A stretch of 63,487 nt of DNA, filler included, from Bigelowiella natans CCMP2755 (GCA_000320545.1; 6 parts of 6 records of this genome joined end to end with filler, not necessarily neighbours in it), one strand, 5' to 3'; counted from the first letter of the whole stretch, positions 37,696 through 52,113 are shown. Translations and numbers: made by a program. Notes: a model not told the origin generated them from the sequence alone.

Positions 37696-40600
37696 CGTGG
37701 TAGGATGACGCAATCGCGTGCCCTTTCTCCTCTTCTCTCTCCTTGATGCGCAGGAACGTTTTGCAGTTGTTCTCGAAGTGCACACGCGATTTCTCGAATA
37801 TTTCGTCCGGTTTCAGCCCACCCAGATGCCTGCAGAAAGGGATGGTTATGATACTAATCATGATGCTGACAGTGATGACGACGATAGCACGTTATATGTG
37901 GACAAGAAATCCCCAACACAGAGCCAGGATCATTCGAAAACCGCGAAATCAGTTGTTCTGCCGTATGGCCTGGACAAATAATATCATGGCTTTGCCAGTA
38001 GCATTCCAAAAAATAAGAGAATCTCATACGGACTTGGCCATCTTTTGCGCTCCTTCGTCATCCTCCAGCGCCACTCGAGTAGCGATATCATTGAGCACTT
38101 CCCCGTGCAGACTGTGGAGGTTGTAGTAAAGGTGGAGGTCGGTGCCGAGTTCCTTCTCCTCCTCTGAAATCATCGATAAGGCATCATTTCCGTGTGTTGG
38201 CGAAACAAGAAAAGATAATTGGCACATGACCAACAACAAAAAGGAAGGACAAGTATCACGGACGCTTACACGTTCAGTGGGCATAGATGTGAGGGGGGGG
38301 GGGGTGGGGACAATAGCGTACGCAAGAGACACAACATAGCATTCTGTCTGCTATCACCGTCGTCCTCCTCCTCATCGTCATCTCCCTGCGGCATCTGTTT
38401 CTCCGAGCCCCCCCCCATCATCATCTTCCTCTGTATACCGTCGAGTCGCTTATTCAGCTGGAAAAGCTTAGCAATGGTGCCGATGACAGCTTGGCTGCTG
38501 CTGCCACCACTTCCTCCCTTGCCATCATCAAAGGAGGACTTCGCGATGATCTTCTTCCTGAATTGGTTGTGCCGGATCGCAGCCCTCGTGAGCTTGAGCG
38601 CACACTCAACTGCCAGAAGGCCCTTTAAGCTTAACGTATCGGGGGATTTCTCCTCCCCTTCCATTTCTGTCTTATCATTGCTCTGACTCTCGCCCCCCGT
38701 CTTCTTCTTGCTGCGCCTCCTCTTCCTCTCCGCCTCCTCGTCCTCCTTCGCAAGGGTACGGAGGCGGGCGAGGTAGGATTCGCACTTGTTGATGTACAGA
38801 TCGGCAGCTTTGTAGTTGCCCTGTGAGCACATCGTGGCTGCTGCCTTTCGCAGAGAGTCGATGACGGTTTGGCTGATCTCCTTCTCGAGCGTAGCAATGG
38901 CGGATAGGTCTCGTTTATGCTCTGCCGCTTCTAGTTGTGTGCCTTCCTTTGATTTCACATCGTCGCTTGATGCCTCGGCCCCTCTTGCACTTCCATGATC
39001 TGCTTTCTCTGCTTTACTACTTCCGGCGCCACCGTCTGGCGCTTGCTGCTGCTGCTGCGTCGGGGCGATCATTTGCGGTGGGATTTTGGTCTGCAACAGC
39101 TTCTTCGCCTTGGCGAGCACGTTATTGAGGAAGTGCGTGCGATTGGAGACAACTTCATCCCAAACACCGTTCGGATCGTTTGACGATGGGTAACGATGCT
39201 GCCACCTGTTGATAGTGCAGCATTGAAACATGTTGTTTTGTGCATGTGTATGCATGCTCTTGCGTGTGCCTGCCCTCCCCCCCCCCCCTTCCCTGTTGCT
39301 CTCCTTGCTCTGCGAGTAGCTACCGTGCGATGAGGCGCCTGGCGCTGTGGATAAGCTGCCCTGGAACGGAACGACCCACTCGCTTCGCAATACGCTCGGA
39401 GAGGTTCTTGGGTGAAATGATGTTGAGGTACTCATTGATTTCATTCAGCGGCTGCAACGTGTGCAGAACTAGCTGACGTGGGCCTGTCATACAATATACA
39501 AGTGGAGAAGGGGGGAGAAGGGAGGAGGAGGAGGTGAAGGAGGAGAAGGAGGAGGAGGAGGCGTGTGAATAACACCAACTTTTCTAGCGCAGTTTGTGTT
39601 CTCCTGGCACATGTAGTGCGCGCATTACACCCAACCTTTATCGAGGGTGGGGAGCCGCTCCCAGTGCTTCTGGAATTGCCGGAAGTGCTGCCGCAGGTAA
39701 AACGCCGCGCGCGACGGCGAGCCGCTGATGGCGTGCAGCGCTGCGAGGTCCCCGCAGTAGCGGGACTCGATGATCCTCCTCTGCGCCTCCACCTTGCACG
39801 AATTCTTGACGAATTTGAGCAGCTCTTCCTGCTTCCCGTCCAGCCGCATACATGCCTTCATGTAGTGGTCGAGATAGTTGAGGCGGAGGTACTGCTCCTC
39901 CTTCATTTTAAGCAGGAGAAGAGGGGAGGACGAAATGCCGTATTCCTCGCCGCCCACGCCTCCGGTAGAAAGCTTGAGCTGTATGCCTACGGAAGGGCGT
40001 GCAGAGAGGGGTGAGGAAGGGTAAGTCGAGGGACAGAGAAGATAGCACGATTGAGGAATGTGATACTGAAGAGATTGGATGAGGAGAGAAAAGGGGTTAA
40101 GTTAGGGAATCGCTCTCGGCGATGCAGCATTTGTTCGGAAGATGCTGCGTGTTTCATTGTGTGAGTTTTCTTCGTATCGTTGTTGAGTTCTGTGATCATC
40201 ATGTTTTTTCTCACTATCGAGCACGCTGCTTCCTCCTTCCATTGCTACTGCCGACAGGGAGCTGCTGCTGCTGCGCGCATCCTGCATCTCCATCATCATC
40301 TGCTTGAACTCCGGCTTCCACTCCCACAGCTTCGAGGTGTCGTTGTCGATGTCCACCATCACATTGTCGTACACGCCCTGCCAATTGCCGGACTGCCGCA
40401 TGCACTCGAGCCACTCATCGAACCTGATGAGGGTTATGGAGAAGGATGAGGAGGAGGATGATAATGAAATGCTAGGTGATGAAGGCGGTAAAGGGTGACG
40501 ACATCTCATCATGATATTTCATTCCTTCTCTATATTGTTCGGAACATCCCGACTATGGCCGTGTCTAGTCTTATCCCCCCTTCTCCTCATTCCTTTTCCC

Positions 40601-43600
40601 CCCCCCCCTCTACTACTGCACCATAGCTCTGTTTCTATCTCAGAGGGTTCTTGGCCTGCTTCCCACGGTTCTTCGTTATCCTGGTGCTCCAGGGCGCGAT
40701 CAAACTCATCTCCAGCTGTGTCGTAATCATAGTCCTGACGGAAACACCTCGCTCACGTATCATCATCATCACACTCATCGTCATCATCATGATTTGCCGC
40801 CAACCGCCAATTCATCCACCCTCGCGGAGCCGCTAACCCACACCAACATCCACAGCAACACCACCACCTCCCACATCTACCAGGAGCGCCATTATCGCCC
40901 TCTCCGTGTAGCCCTGTCGGCAGAATTTCAGGTAAAGAGCCAGCGCGATGTCGTTGGCGCCAAGCTTTCGATAAAGAACAGCCAACTGATACCACACCTC
41001 CGAAGTGCATTTCAAGCGCTGATCATCCGATATCTTGGCCCTCCTGCGCTTGTGGCGCAGCTGCTTCGCGTCGCCGTCGCCACCGTCATCCAGGAGCCTC
41101 TGCAGATCGCGGTTCTTGTCGTCGTTGAGCAGCAGGTCCTCCAGCAGCAGAATGGCCGAGTGGTAGCTGTAGGACTTCAAGGCGGAGCGCCCCACCTGTT
41201 TGAGGGGAGGAAGAGTGAGAAAGGAGAGCAAGAAGAAGGAGAAGAAGGAGACGAAGAAGAAGAAAAAGGGGAGGTGGACGTGAAATCCGAGAAAAATCAA
41301 GGGCCTGACTCGAAAAACAAAATGGAGCATCCGCATTCCCTTACCGCCTCGCAGATTGATTCCTACTACTAAAAACCGATTTTCTGCAGGAGAATACGAG
41401 GCATTAGTGAGCCACCTCTTTCGGCGAAACAGAGACCGTCGGGCATTTGAGGCAGGCCATATGCAGGCAGAAGACGAATGCCGCGTCTCCTCGGGTCTCC
41501 TGCATGAGGTAGGCAAGCGCAGCGGAGATGTTCCTCTTGAGCTCGCTGGCCTCCCCAGGCTTGTAGCACTTGTCGATTGCGGAGAAGATCGACGTGAAGA
41601 ACATCAGGAAGAGCTCTCCGCGCCAGCGTGGGGTCAACGTGGAGGTGCTGCAGGGGAAGGAGGATGTCCTTGAAAGGGATGCAAATGTCCGGAAGTTCGC
41701 CCTGGCGGTACCGCCGGTACAGCGGCACCTGCGCCGGCTTTGCCATCCTCATCCGCTCGTCCCACATCTGCTGTACGCGCAGGCTGCGCTGGAAATATCT
41801 GATAGCGATGACGCCAACGACGACGACGACGACGACACAATATCGGATGGAGACAAAGGAAGATCATTATGATGATTATGATGATGGATATGATTGCGAC
41901 TGAGGGAAAAAGAGGGGCAACGCAACCGCTGTTGTTGCTCTTAACATAGAAGATCAGTTGTTGGTGAGGAGGAGGAGGAGGAGGAGGAGGAGGAGACTTA
42001 TAATCCAGGGAGGAGGGAGCACCCACCTAAATCCTCATGATCCCCATCATCATTCATAAATATTTTACTATTATATCATTATCGATATCGTTACTTGATT
42101 CCTGCTGATTCCTGCTCGGATCGTGTCTTCGTGTGAAAGCGGCGGCGCATATCCCGCCTTGCGAGAGGATTGATCTGACTGCCAAGGACCACGCGCGCCG
42201 CTCTCCTCCTTTTCCGCCTGAGGGGGAAAGGAGAATAGGATGAGAGTAAGAGAAGGGAGGGGGGAGACAATCGAAAAGGCGTGCTGCACGTCATAGTATG
42301 TAGCTTTACTTTTGTCCGACGGCTCTGCCCCTCGATTTCGCCCCGCCGGCTCTGTACTTATAGTCGTAGGGCGCGAGGCTTCCCATGACAATGCTCGGCC
42401 CCACTGCTCCGCCTCCGCCCCCGCCGTAGTAACCACCTCCTCCAGCTGTGACCGACCCACCTGCGAGGAGGGGAGAATGAAGGAGGAGTTTATCTTCTGC
42501 TCGTGCATCGTGAAGTCGACGAAGGACTCTTCATCCATCGAGATCAAGGCCCCACCGCCACCTCGGCCTCCCCCGGCTTGGGTGGGTGCGAAGCTGAGAT
42601 TCTGAGCAGTTGCGCGCACGTAACCAGTCCCTCCGGCCGCCGATCCTTCCGTGTCGTCGTTACCGTCGAATGAAAAGCGCAAGGAGAGGAGGAGGTGGTG
42701 GAGGAGGAGGAGGAGGAAGAGGAGAATGAGAAGCAACACGTGGAAATACATCAGAAAAGAGATCTCTCGTTTTGCGAAACGGAGATAACAAGTGTCTGGA
42801 GGCGTATGGCACACTTGCGCAGGTTGGGTCCTCACCACCATCATCACCATTGCTTTCGAACAAACACACCACACTATTAAAAAAAAAAAATGCACCGGTT
42901 GCTGAAGAGCTGGCAGCTCCAGAGCCGCCTGCAGGCCCACCCCCCCTCTGCGAATCATAACCCACCCTTGCCTCGTTAATGGAAGCCTGGATCTCCTGCT
43001 CCAGCTGCGATTGCGACGAGAACAGCGGTGCGAAGGAGTTGGTCTGGAACCACGTCGTGTTGATGCTGTAGTCGTCGAATTTGCAGTCGGCAAGAGGCAC
43101 TGGGGAGATCGCCTGCTTGTAATCGGCGCTGCGGTGCGTGGGCTGTATGAGGAAGTACGTGACGTAGTGCACCCATTGCGCCTCCGCGTCAGGGTGGTAA
43201 AGAACCCGCAGGCAGTCGTACAGCCGCTCGCCGAGGTCAGCATGCAGACGCCTCTTGTCGTTCCAGAACTCGACGAGCTTGTTGCGGATGTCAGGGCTGC
43301 GGTCCATCAGGCCGCCTAGCAGCGCACCGCGGACAAATTCCTGCAGGTTTTTCATCAGGCGCATCTCCGCGTCGCCGTCGTCATCACCGCCGCCGTGCTT
43401 GCTATCGAAGGTGCCCCCGCCGATGTGGTGGGTCCTTCTCCTCGACGATGAGGAGGCGCCGCTAGCGCTGCTACTGCGCGCCTCGCAGTTCTCGTACACC
43501 CACATCAGCAGACGGTAGAGGAGACTGCGGCATCTTACGTTAGGACTGTTCTTAAAGGCGCGTGCTAGCCGTCGGACCAATGGCGAGTACTTGTTTGGCG

Positions 43601-44094
43601 GCAGCGCCTTGGTCGCCCGGATGAGGATCATCAGGAGGATCTCTTGTGCCTTGATGTTCGATCCGGCGAGAATAGGCTCCAGCACCGGATTCACCTGAAG
43701 AGATGAGGGCGGAAAGACGATGGTGGTGATGATGATGATGATAATGATGATGACTACCACAACATTGAATAAATCGCCAATGTGCCTGTTTTCTAGTGCG
43801 CTGTCGTTGTTGTTGTTGTTGTTGCTGCTGCTGCTGCTGCTGCACGAATGGATGATTGAAAGGGAGCGAAGCAGCGGCTGGTAGCGATATTACATGCGCG
43901 AGGAGCTCATCAGGCGTGACGAAGTCCGAGCTCCAGAGGATGAGCATGAGGAGGATCGCGTAGTGCTTGCCGTGCTGGGTTTTACGGATATCATCGCGGC
44001 CGAGAAGAGCAATCAGCTTCCGCGTGATCGAGGTGTGCTTCAAGATGATCTGGTAGTGCTTCGCCAGGGCAACGGCAGTTTCTAAGAACCTGGT
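32063..44094 (-). CDS. PRKDC: DNA-dependent protein kinase catalytic subunit, C-terminal portion (phospho-cluster, FAT, kinase, FATC); N-terminal portion in gap
   Basis: GYVRATAQNLSFAPTQ and SSQSQ (ABCDE-like S/TQ cluster); [126 protein letters not shown]. Confidence 0.95.
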
Positions 44095-44317
44095 CATTTA
44101 TCAGAGGACGACCGTGAATGTTGCTGTAATGTTGTCGTGCGCAGGGTGTGGAAGGTTGTAACGATTCTGGGATGGGGATACAGCTTTATCTGGCTTCGAC
44201 CTTTGTATATTTCCTATCAGTCTGTCCTCTTAAAAGTCGTGTTGCGTTATGTTGCGTTGCGTTGTGTTGTGTTGTGTTGTAATGTGTTGTCCGTGTGTGT
44301 GTTAGTGTGTGTATGTA

Positions 44318-44380
<63 letters not shown>

Positions 44381-44534
44381 GGAGGGGGAGGGGGAGGGAG
44401 GAGAGAGTACGTACGGTTACCGGTTACGGTAGTANNNNNNNNNNNNNNNNNNNNNNNNNNNNNNNNNNNNNNNNNNNNTTAATTAATTAANNNNNNNNNN
44501 NNNNNNNNNNNNNNNNNNNNNNNNNNNNNNNNNN

Positions 44535-45232
44535 GCTTACCCCTTCCCCCCTTATTGTTTTTACGTGGAACCCACCTCCCAGTTGCGAGATGTTAAGGGA
44601 GTCAATCCCAGTCTCCATCCCCAGGTTTCCAACCAGCTTCTCGGAGAGCTCCTTCCTCCACTTCTCATCCTCCGCCCTAGCCCCCCTCCCCGACAGGGGG
44701 GGGGGCTGCCTCAGCATTTCCGCGACTCCGGACACCATTGAGTAGAGCTCGCGGAAAAAGTCGTCCTATATGCATATGTTAATGATGAGAATGTATATGT
44801 ATGGGAAGAGGGGAGAGGCGGAGCGCTCTCTCTCACTCTCTCTCACTCTTTCTCTCTCTCCCTCCCCCCCCCCCATCTTTCTCTTGCTTTCCGAAACCGA
44901 GGCTTCCTGGGCATAGAGCAGCGAGTGAATCTTTCCGTTGGGGATGAGGTACTGGGTCGGCACCGATGAGAGCTCGGGGACCTATATTATTAGTAGCAGT
45001 CGCAGTAATTAGTACTACTACTACTACTACTATCAGATGGAAGGGAGGGGGGGAAGGGGGAGGAGGAGTGTAGTGCGAACACGGTGACGATTATGTATAC
45101 GAGTAAATAAACTGAATGATGAGCCTGGAACAGTAGCTCGCGGTGGTGGAAGATGAAAACAACGATAATACACACACACACTCACACACACACACACACA
45201 TACACACACTCACACTTATTATATATGCATTA

Positions 45233-45263
<31 letters not shown>

Positions 45264-45873
45264 GTAATAACCTTCAGCAAGATGCGCAGGGCCGTGTTAA
45301 TGTCCTGGGCAATGGCACGAGGGGGCGGGGAGAGGAGAAGGGAGAGCAGAAAGCTCTTGCACAGAGCTGGTGAGTGAGAGGACACCAGCGACTGCGCGAG
45401 GGGAACGATGCCACGTGTGGGGTATAAGCCGAGGTTGGAGGCAGTCGAATCGCTGATGGGTTGAGTTGTGTTGATGTGTAAAAGAACAGGGGTGAAAATC
45501 GAGTCATTGCTTGCGTGTGTGTGTGTGTGTGTGTGTGCGTGTGTGTGTGTATGTGTGTGTGTGTGTGCGCGCGTGCATGCTTCGCAACAAGTACGTACAC
45601 GACGCATGGCCTGCTTTGTCCAGCCCCCTCCCCTGCCACTTGGATATCAACATGCGTCTGGATCTCGACGTCTTCTGGGAGGCCAAGGTCCCTCCTGATG
45701 TGCGCCAGGAACCCTAGCTTCACGTCCTTGGCGGTGAAAGCCCTCACATCGCTCACGAGCCCCTCGAGCCCAACCATCCTCCGCATCCTGACCGTGTAAT
45801 AATAAATGCCAAGATTTAAGCTGCTGCCAGCTCTACTTTCGTCACGATTCGGACAGGAGATAAGAGGATAATA

Positions 45874-45913
<40 letters not shown>

Positions 45914-47041
45914 AATTGATATCTTAGGGGAGGGGGAGCTGATAGAAAATCGAATCCAAAGCTGCTTCTTCTAGATTCTCCTGCTGCATGCCATGTCACC
46001 CCCACCTAGCCTCCCATTTGGCCTCCACCGACGACGAAGCAGACGAGGACGCCGATGAGGACCCCCCACCCGACGACACAGAGGCTGGAGACCGATGGAG
46101 CAAGAGCTGGGAGGGGGGAGAGCTCTTGAGAAAGAGCTCAACGAAGTCTTCGGTGACGCCCTCTGCCAGCGCGAGACGGCGCTCATCAGCATAGTATCTC
46201 AGTAGTGTGCACCCCGAGACGCCACGCGCCAGCCCTGCAATTGGCGCTGCAACGCGAAAGCTTTCCACGCCCCCCCCCCCCCTCCGCCTCCAGTCGGCCG
46301 AAGAGGTAGTTGGGGAAGCCAGGGGTGACGATCTGCGCCAGAAATCGCGTCTTGCGGAGCCCCCCCGTCGCCCCCCCCCCTGATGAAGACGAGGACGCCG
46401 GCGAGGAGGGTCGCTCCTCGTAGACCGCAGCAGAGAGACCAGCGTTTGTGAGGTCGTCGAGCGTGCGCTGGATGTTTTGCTTCGGGCACCCGGCCCTAGG
46501 GGGGTTGGAGGGATTTCCCATGGGATTGAGGCTAGCATGCTGCACCAGCATGATCGCGTCGATGCCCTGGTATACAACGAGCGGAAATGGTGATTAGGAG
46601 TAGTAGTAGTAGTAATGATGTCAAAAAAGAAAGACTAGCGTTAATGGCTGCGTCAATGTTGTTTGTTAAAAGCATCATGCGAGCGTGTGCATTGCCCGCA
46701 GCGGGTACGTGATCCATCAAGGGGACCAAGCCGCTTCTTGGAAGTGATAACAAAGGGCATTCAAGCACACGATGCCACAAACCTGCGTCTCATAAAACTC
46801 TCCGACTCGCACCAACAGCACGTGGCGTGGATGCTGCTTCTTCCACTTCACGAAATCACGATGAAGTGCGGGGGCCTTGATCCGCTTGGTGGTAGGGGTA
46901 GTGGCAGAGCTGCGCCCTGATCGCTTTGGCTGCTGCTTAATCGTGATTCCAAGTGGCACCGATGGATCGACAAATTCGATTAGGTTCTTGGCGCTGGGCC
47001 TATCTACGAAGCTCAGTGCATGCTCCCAGTATCTGATGGCA

Positions 47042-47073
<32 letters not shown>

Positions 47074-47676
47074 AGTAGTATCAGTAGCGGTGACATGGCA
47101 TAGTGGAAGGAGGAGAAGGAGGAGATGAAGAAGAAGAAAAAGAAGAATCATGACGACGTGATCGATTCGCCGTTCATTCAAGTAATGGCAGCGTAGTACG
47201 TCATTGTTACAAGCAAGCGCAGCATCATCTACAATTGCCACCACCACCACCACCACCACCACCACCGTCCTCTTATGTGAAATGGCTCACTACCTGACAT
47301 CCTCAGGGTCCATCTGATCCGATGCAGAAGCAGAGGTTATATGCAGGTCGCCCCTCGTCACCGCGCTGCTGCTGCTGCTGCTAGCCAATCTTGACGCCAT
47401 TGCAGGTTGGAGAAACATTCCCCGACAGCAGGCCGGGTTGTATGGCCCGCACGGGATGGAGGGGGAGAGCACATATCGGTTGAACGGAAGTCGCGTGTGC
47501 CTTGGAATCCTCCCGCTTTGGCTCTTCCGGGCATGCTTCAGATGCGCGTGTAGGGATGTGATTCTCCGAGGGGCTGATTCCATGCGCCCCCTCCCATTCC
47601 TCCCCCTCGCTCGCAGAATCATGCTCACAACAGTGGCGACGGCAAGACCAGTGAGCACAAACGACCGATAGGGCAT
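44535..47676 (-). CDS. MSH1: Plant-type organellar MutS homolog MSH1, N-terminal part, with signal plus transit-like leader; ATPase and GIY-YIG part would be in the gap
   Basis: YWEHALSFVDRPSAKNLI..KWKKQHPRHVLLVRVGEFYET; GIDAIMLVQHASLNPMG..PRAGCPKQNIQRTLDDLTNAGLSAAVYEE; RFLAQIVTPGFPNYLFG; PISDSTASNLGLYPTRGIVPL; LLLSPPPRAIA. These are collinear with plant MSH1 motifs such as VLLCRVGEFYE, AGLNP, AGCP..TLDDLT and LLLNPP. Confidence 0.88.
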
Positions 47677-48141
47677 GACTTGCCGCCCCGCGGCGGCTGT
47701 TGGAGGTGAGTGGGGGTGGGGGGGGAGGGCGGGCGGGCGGCGGGTTCAGCGATCAGCGTTCCCTGCTGCGTTAATTACGGATCATCACGGCAAACATCGG
47801 AGAAGAAAGGGAGCGAAAGGTCAACCGCCGTTCTTTTCGGTCGAAACTGCTCTTTGAAGTGTTGTCGCATGTCGTAAACGGCAGGTAATCTGCGCGTAAA
47901 ATGGGGTATTTTCGAAGCCTCTCGGATCTTAATCGCACACATCGACACCAGGCCACGTTACCAGGCCTTCCCCCCGAGAAGCTACTCACTACTCATAAGC
48001 ATAAGCCCGGCAAGGGCTTCATCGATGAGGCCTCGGTAGGGATCGAACTAGCGTGAGGCGGGGCAGGGAAAGAATCGACGGTGGTGGGAGGAAAGGGAAG
48101 GGGGAGGGTCTAGAATGGGTCGGGTAGTTGCGGCGATTAAC

Positions 48142-49763
48142 ATGCGCTCAAATCTCTCTTTCAGATGGCTGTACTTCGCCCTGTTTGTTGTTTACACCTC
48201 GGCAGGAAGGTACTGTTCTCTTCCCACCATCTTTTCGAATCTCAAAAAATCGATTGTTTTCGCCCCCTCCCTACCTGCCCCCTCCCCTGGCCACCCCCCC
48301 CTACCATATCGTGCTGAGTATACTCTCTCTGTCTCTCTCCCTCCCTCCCTCCCTCTTCAATGAACCAGGTTTATGGCTATCTTCCTTTCTGAGCGGGTTC
48401 GTTAAGACTAAACAACAGCGCTGGGCAATTTATGCAAGAAGCAGCACATGCACTGTCATTGCCTCTCGATTCTTCTTCTTCTTCTTCTTCTTCTTCTTCT
48501 TCTTCTTCTTCTTCCTGAGAGATGTATCACCGTCACCATTGCGCTCGTTTCTTATGCAGGGCCTGACGAACGCCCAGATTGGCTGGGTTTTAGGAACACG
48601 AGCATTGGTCGATATGATACGCTACGATAGGATACGTTATGCTATGCAGTAGCAGTTTCAGCGGGAGGAGTTGAAACATTTGAAGATATCTTGTCGAATC
48701 TCCGAATGCTCATGCATTCCTCTGCCCTCACTCTTCATGCATGCAGTTCTCTCACCCTAACCTGCACTTGAGGCGGCGTGCTCATACACCATTCACTCCT
48801 TACCGAAATCACCATTTAGCTCAACGCCTTGGTTGTGCCTGGATTTACTGCGCTGGCAGACAAGATCCGCTCGCAGAGAACGGTGCGGTCATCGTTGTCT
48901 CATTTCGTTTCATTCCGTGTGGTTTCACACCCTCTATAGGCCATGCAATTTCGCGCGAACGGTGTTTGGCAAACCGCCGCAAAGCGCATAACACCGTCCT
49001 TCCCTCCTACTTGCACGGAGCCCTGCTGATCTGACCCTAGTTACCTTCTTATCAACAGATTCTGCTGTTCGTGGTGCCGCTCATTGCGTTGGCCTACTCT
49101 GCCTATAGCATTTTCATTATTCCTTCTTTCACGCCGCGATTGGGTGAGGCGGTGATAAAATAGTAGCGGCGGCCACAACACTAGGAATAACCAATCGAAG
49201 CTGTCAATAAATACTCACACTTGTATCCCGGCGATATCGCCTGCTTCCTTTAGTTGATTTCTGGCATCGGCCTTTTGTTGGCCGTACTTTGTGGAATGAC
49301 TGAATGAATCCGGCGATCGATTGCCGTCGTTCGGTCGTTGTCTCAGGAAATCTAGGCCGGTTTGCTGTGTGCTGGGCGATCTATGTAGCCACGGCGTTCT
49401 TCATGGCGCCTACCAGCTCTCTCGTCGGTAAGAGTTTGTGCAACGCTGCGATGATTAGAAAACATATATGTATATATTCTATATATGTATTATATGTATA
49501 TGTATGTATATATATGATACGTGCTCTGTTTGCTGTGCCGACATTATCAATGAACACCGACTTTTCCAATTCCCCCCGGGGCTAGCTGCTGTGTGGATGT
49601 ACTTGAGCACACACACACACGCACACACAGAGAGAGAGAGAGGCAGACAGACAGACAACTGTTTGATAATCCTACTATTCTCAGACGCCATGTGCCTCAA
49701 GTGGCTAGAAGTCAATGAAGGTGGTGGTCACAGAAGACCTAGTCGTAGCAGCGAGCATTTCAT

Positions 49764-49799
<36 letters not shown>

Positions 49800-50734
49800 A
49801 GCACACATAAGCACATATAAGCACACGCTTGCAGGCCAGGCAGACGCTGATCTACTTCTTCTCCTCAATCTGACGCATGAGAACAATGCTGCAATAGAAT
49901 TACTTATGATCGTATTGTTTTTATTCACACCACCGTTGCAATCACCACCACCACCATCATAATCATCATCATCATCCTTTCTATGCCAACATCGTAGGCG
50001 AGGAGGGGAAAAACAGTACGGAAGAGAGCGTGTTTGGGTCATTGCGCACAGCTAAAAGCAACACGCGCTTCTTCCTTCTCTTCGCTCTCGTCGTTCTCTT
50101 CCTCTTTTTCTTTACTGTCTCAATCTCATGATCGTTGAGAAGGGACGAGGAGCTTGCAGCACTGCACCGCGCACAGCACACACAACACGCACGCATAGCA
50201 TCATCGATTCATTACGCAAAGCACACGGCGATTAGTAGCATCATCATCTTCCCGGATGCTCCTGCCCATTTGCTTTTACGAGCCTGTACTCACTACACCA
50301 TCACCAGTGCTGTCTCCATAATGGCCTCCTTTTACATGTGCTGCGTTTCTTCCTTCGTCGTGGTTAGGGGGCTGTGAGCTGGGGGATTTTCAACCTTGCG
50401 ATCGGAGCATTAATGGACCAAACGGGAACGTGCGTGCAACCCTCGATTATCACCATCATCATCATCATCGTTTTTCATGTGCTGCTGGTGGAGAGAGAGA
50501 GGGGGAGAGAGAGTATAGCAGAGGGCTCGTGCGGATATTATCATAACCCCCTCCCCCCCCCCCCCCCCCGAAGTAGGGCGTTTTGTCTTCCAGTGGTGGT
50601 TGTGTGTCTATGCATTTAACTTCTCGGCTGCTATGATGGTTGTGCTCAGTTGGGTGATGGTGGTGCTGATGGCCTTTTCCACAATGGCTCTGTGGGTCAT
50701 ATTATACATGGTAACCCGTCTCAAACACACACAC

Positions 50735-50782
<48 letters not shown>

Positions 50783-51110
50783 CACGATATACAGATGCAC
50801 GCATTCCAAGCATACGCACGCACACGCGCTCAGGGTTCATGGGAATCCCCAGGAAGTTTCGGGCACAAGATTCTGCCCACCAACGTCGCCGAGGTGGAGT
50901 CCGAGCTCGAGCTCTCCAGCCTCGACATCGATCGGTTTGACACCGATGTAGATACAAAGATTGCTACAGGAGAGGGAAGAGGGGGGGAAGAGGAGGAGGA
51001 GGATTATGGAGACATCTTAAGAGGGGGAGAGCCCATCGGGGAGGAGGAGGAGGAGGAGGAGATGCAAGATAGAGGGGGGCAGAAGGGAGAATGGAAGTGC
51101 CGTGAAGCTT
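48142..51110 (+). CDS. MFS transporter, MFS_1_like/MFSD6 type; 3' part in gap
   Basis: MRSNLSFRWLYFALFVVYTSAG..GLTNAQIGWVLG..FAVCWAIYVATAFFMAPTSSLV-DAMCL..QYGRERVW-GAVSWGIFNLAIGALMD; the YGR.R.WGAVSWG signature is characteristic. Confidence 0.8.
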
Positions 51111-51449
51111 TCGGTAACTACCAAACACACTTGCTGTAGCATTAGCGGTAGCAGCAGCAGAGTCATCCGTGAATATGATGCCACACACTCCAACGATGAT
51201 ATCTCCCTTATGATGAGGATGATGGTGATGATGATGATGATGATGATGATGATGGTGATGATGGTGATGAAGAAGAAGAAGNNNNNNNNNNNNNNNNNNN
51301 NNNNNNNNNNNNNNNNNNNNNNNNNTTAATTAATTAANNNNNNNNNNNNNNNNNNNNNNNNNNNNNNNNNNNNNNNNNNNNTCCACCATCAAGCCATGCT
51401 TGGCCCGGGGGGGGGGGGGGGGTGGTATCATGATTGGTTGGAAGGTATA

Positions 51450-51988
51450 AATCCTCAAAATAGTGATGAGAACCTCCAGAAAAACCTCACATCTGGAAAG
51501 AGGGCAGAATGATACAAAGCTATAGCTTTCACCCCCGCGGTCACCATAAGGCCGTTTCGCTCGATACGGAGCGACACCAGCGATGTGCTCAGTGAGCATT
51601 GCAAAACTAAAAACTGCTCTATTCTCCAAAGCCTACCGAAGTTGCCCGTGCACACTGCCAGCTTGAGCGTGGTAAATGCGACGCACGCGAACGCACTTTT
51701 GTCGTGCAGGAACAGTGCGCGCTTCTCCTTGACCCAAACTCCTTCCACGACGCTGAGACCCTGCGAGGGGCGATGATGGAGGGGATCGATGTTAGTAGCT
51801 CATCATTGGGATTGGAGCTTCTCAGCAGCATTCGGTGTGGATACAAGTGCGGGTGAAATCAATGGCAGAGCACCTTATCGAATTGACGTAGATGGATGTA
51901 GGCGTTGGCGATGTTGTAGCTCAACAAGGCTCGGGACTGAACGCGGCGTTTTGCGCATATTTTTTGTGTAATACAACATAGTATGAAC

Positions 51989-52030
<42 letters not shown>

Positions 52031-52080
52031 CAAGGACGGGGCACATGAGGGATGCGCGTGTAATTCTTATGGATGGAAGA

Positions 52081-52113
<33 letters not shown>

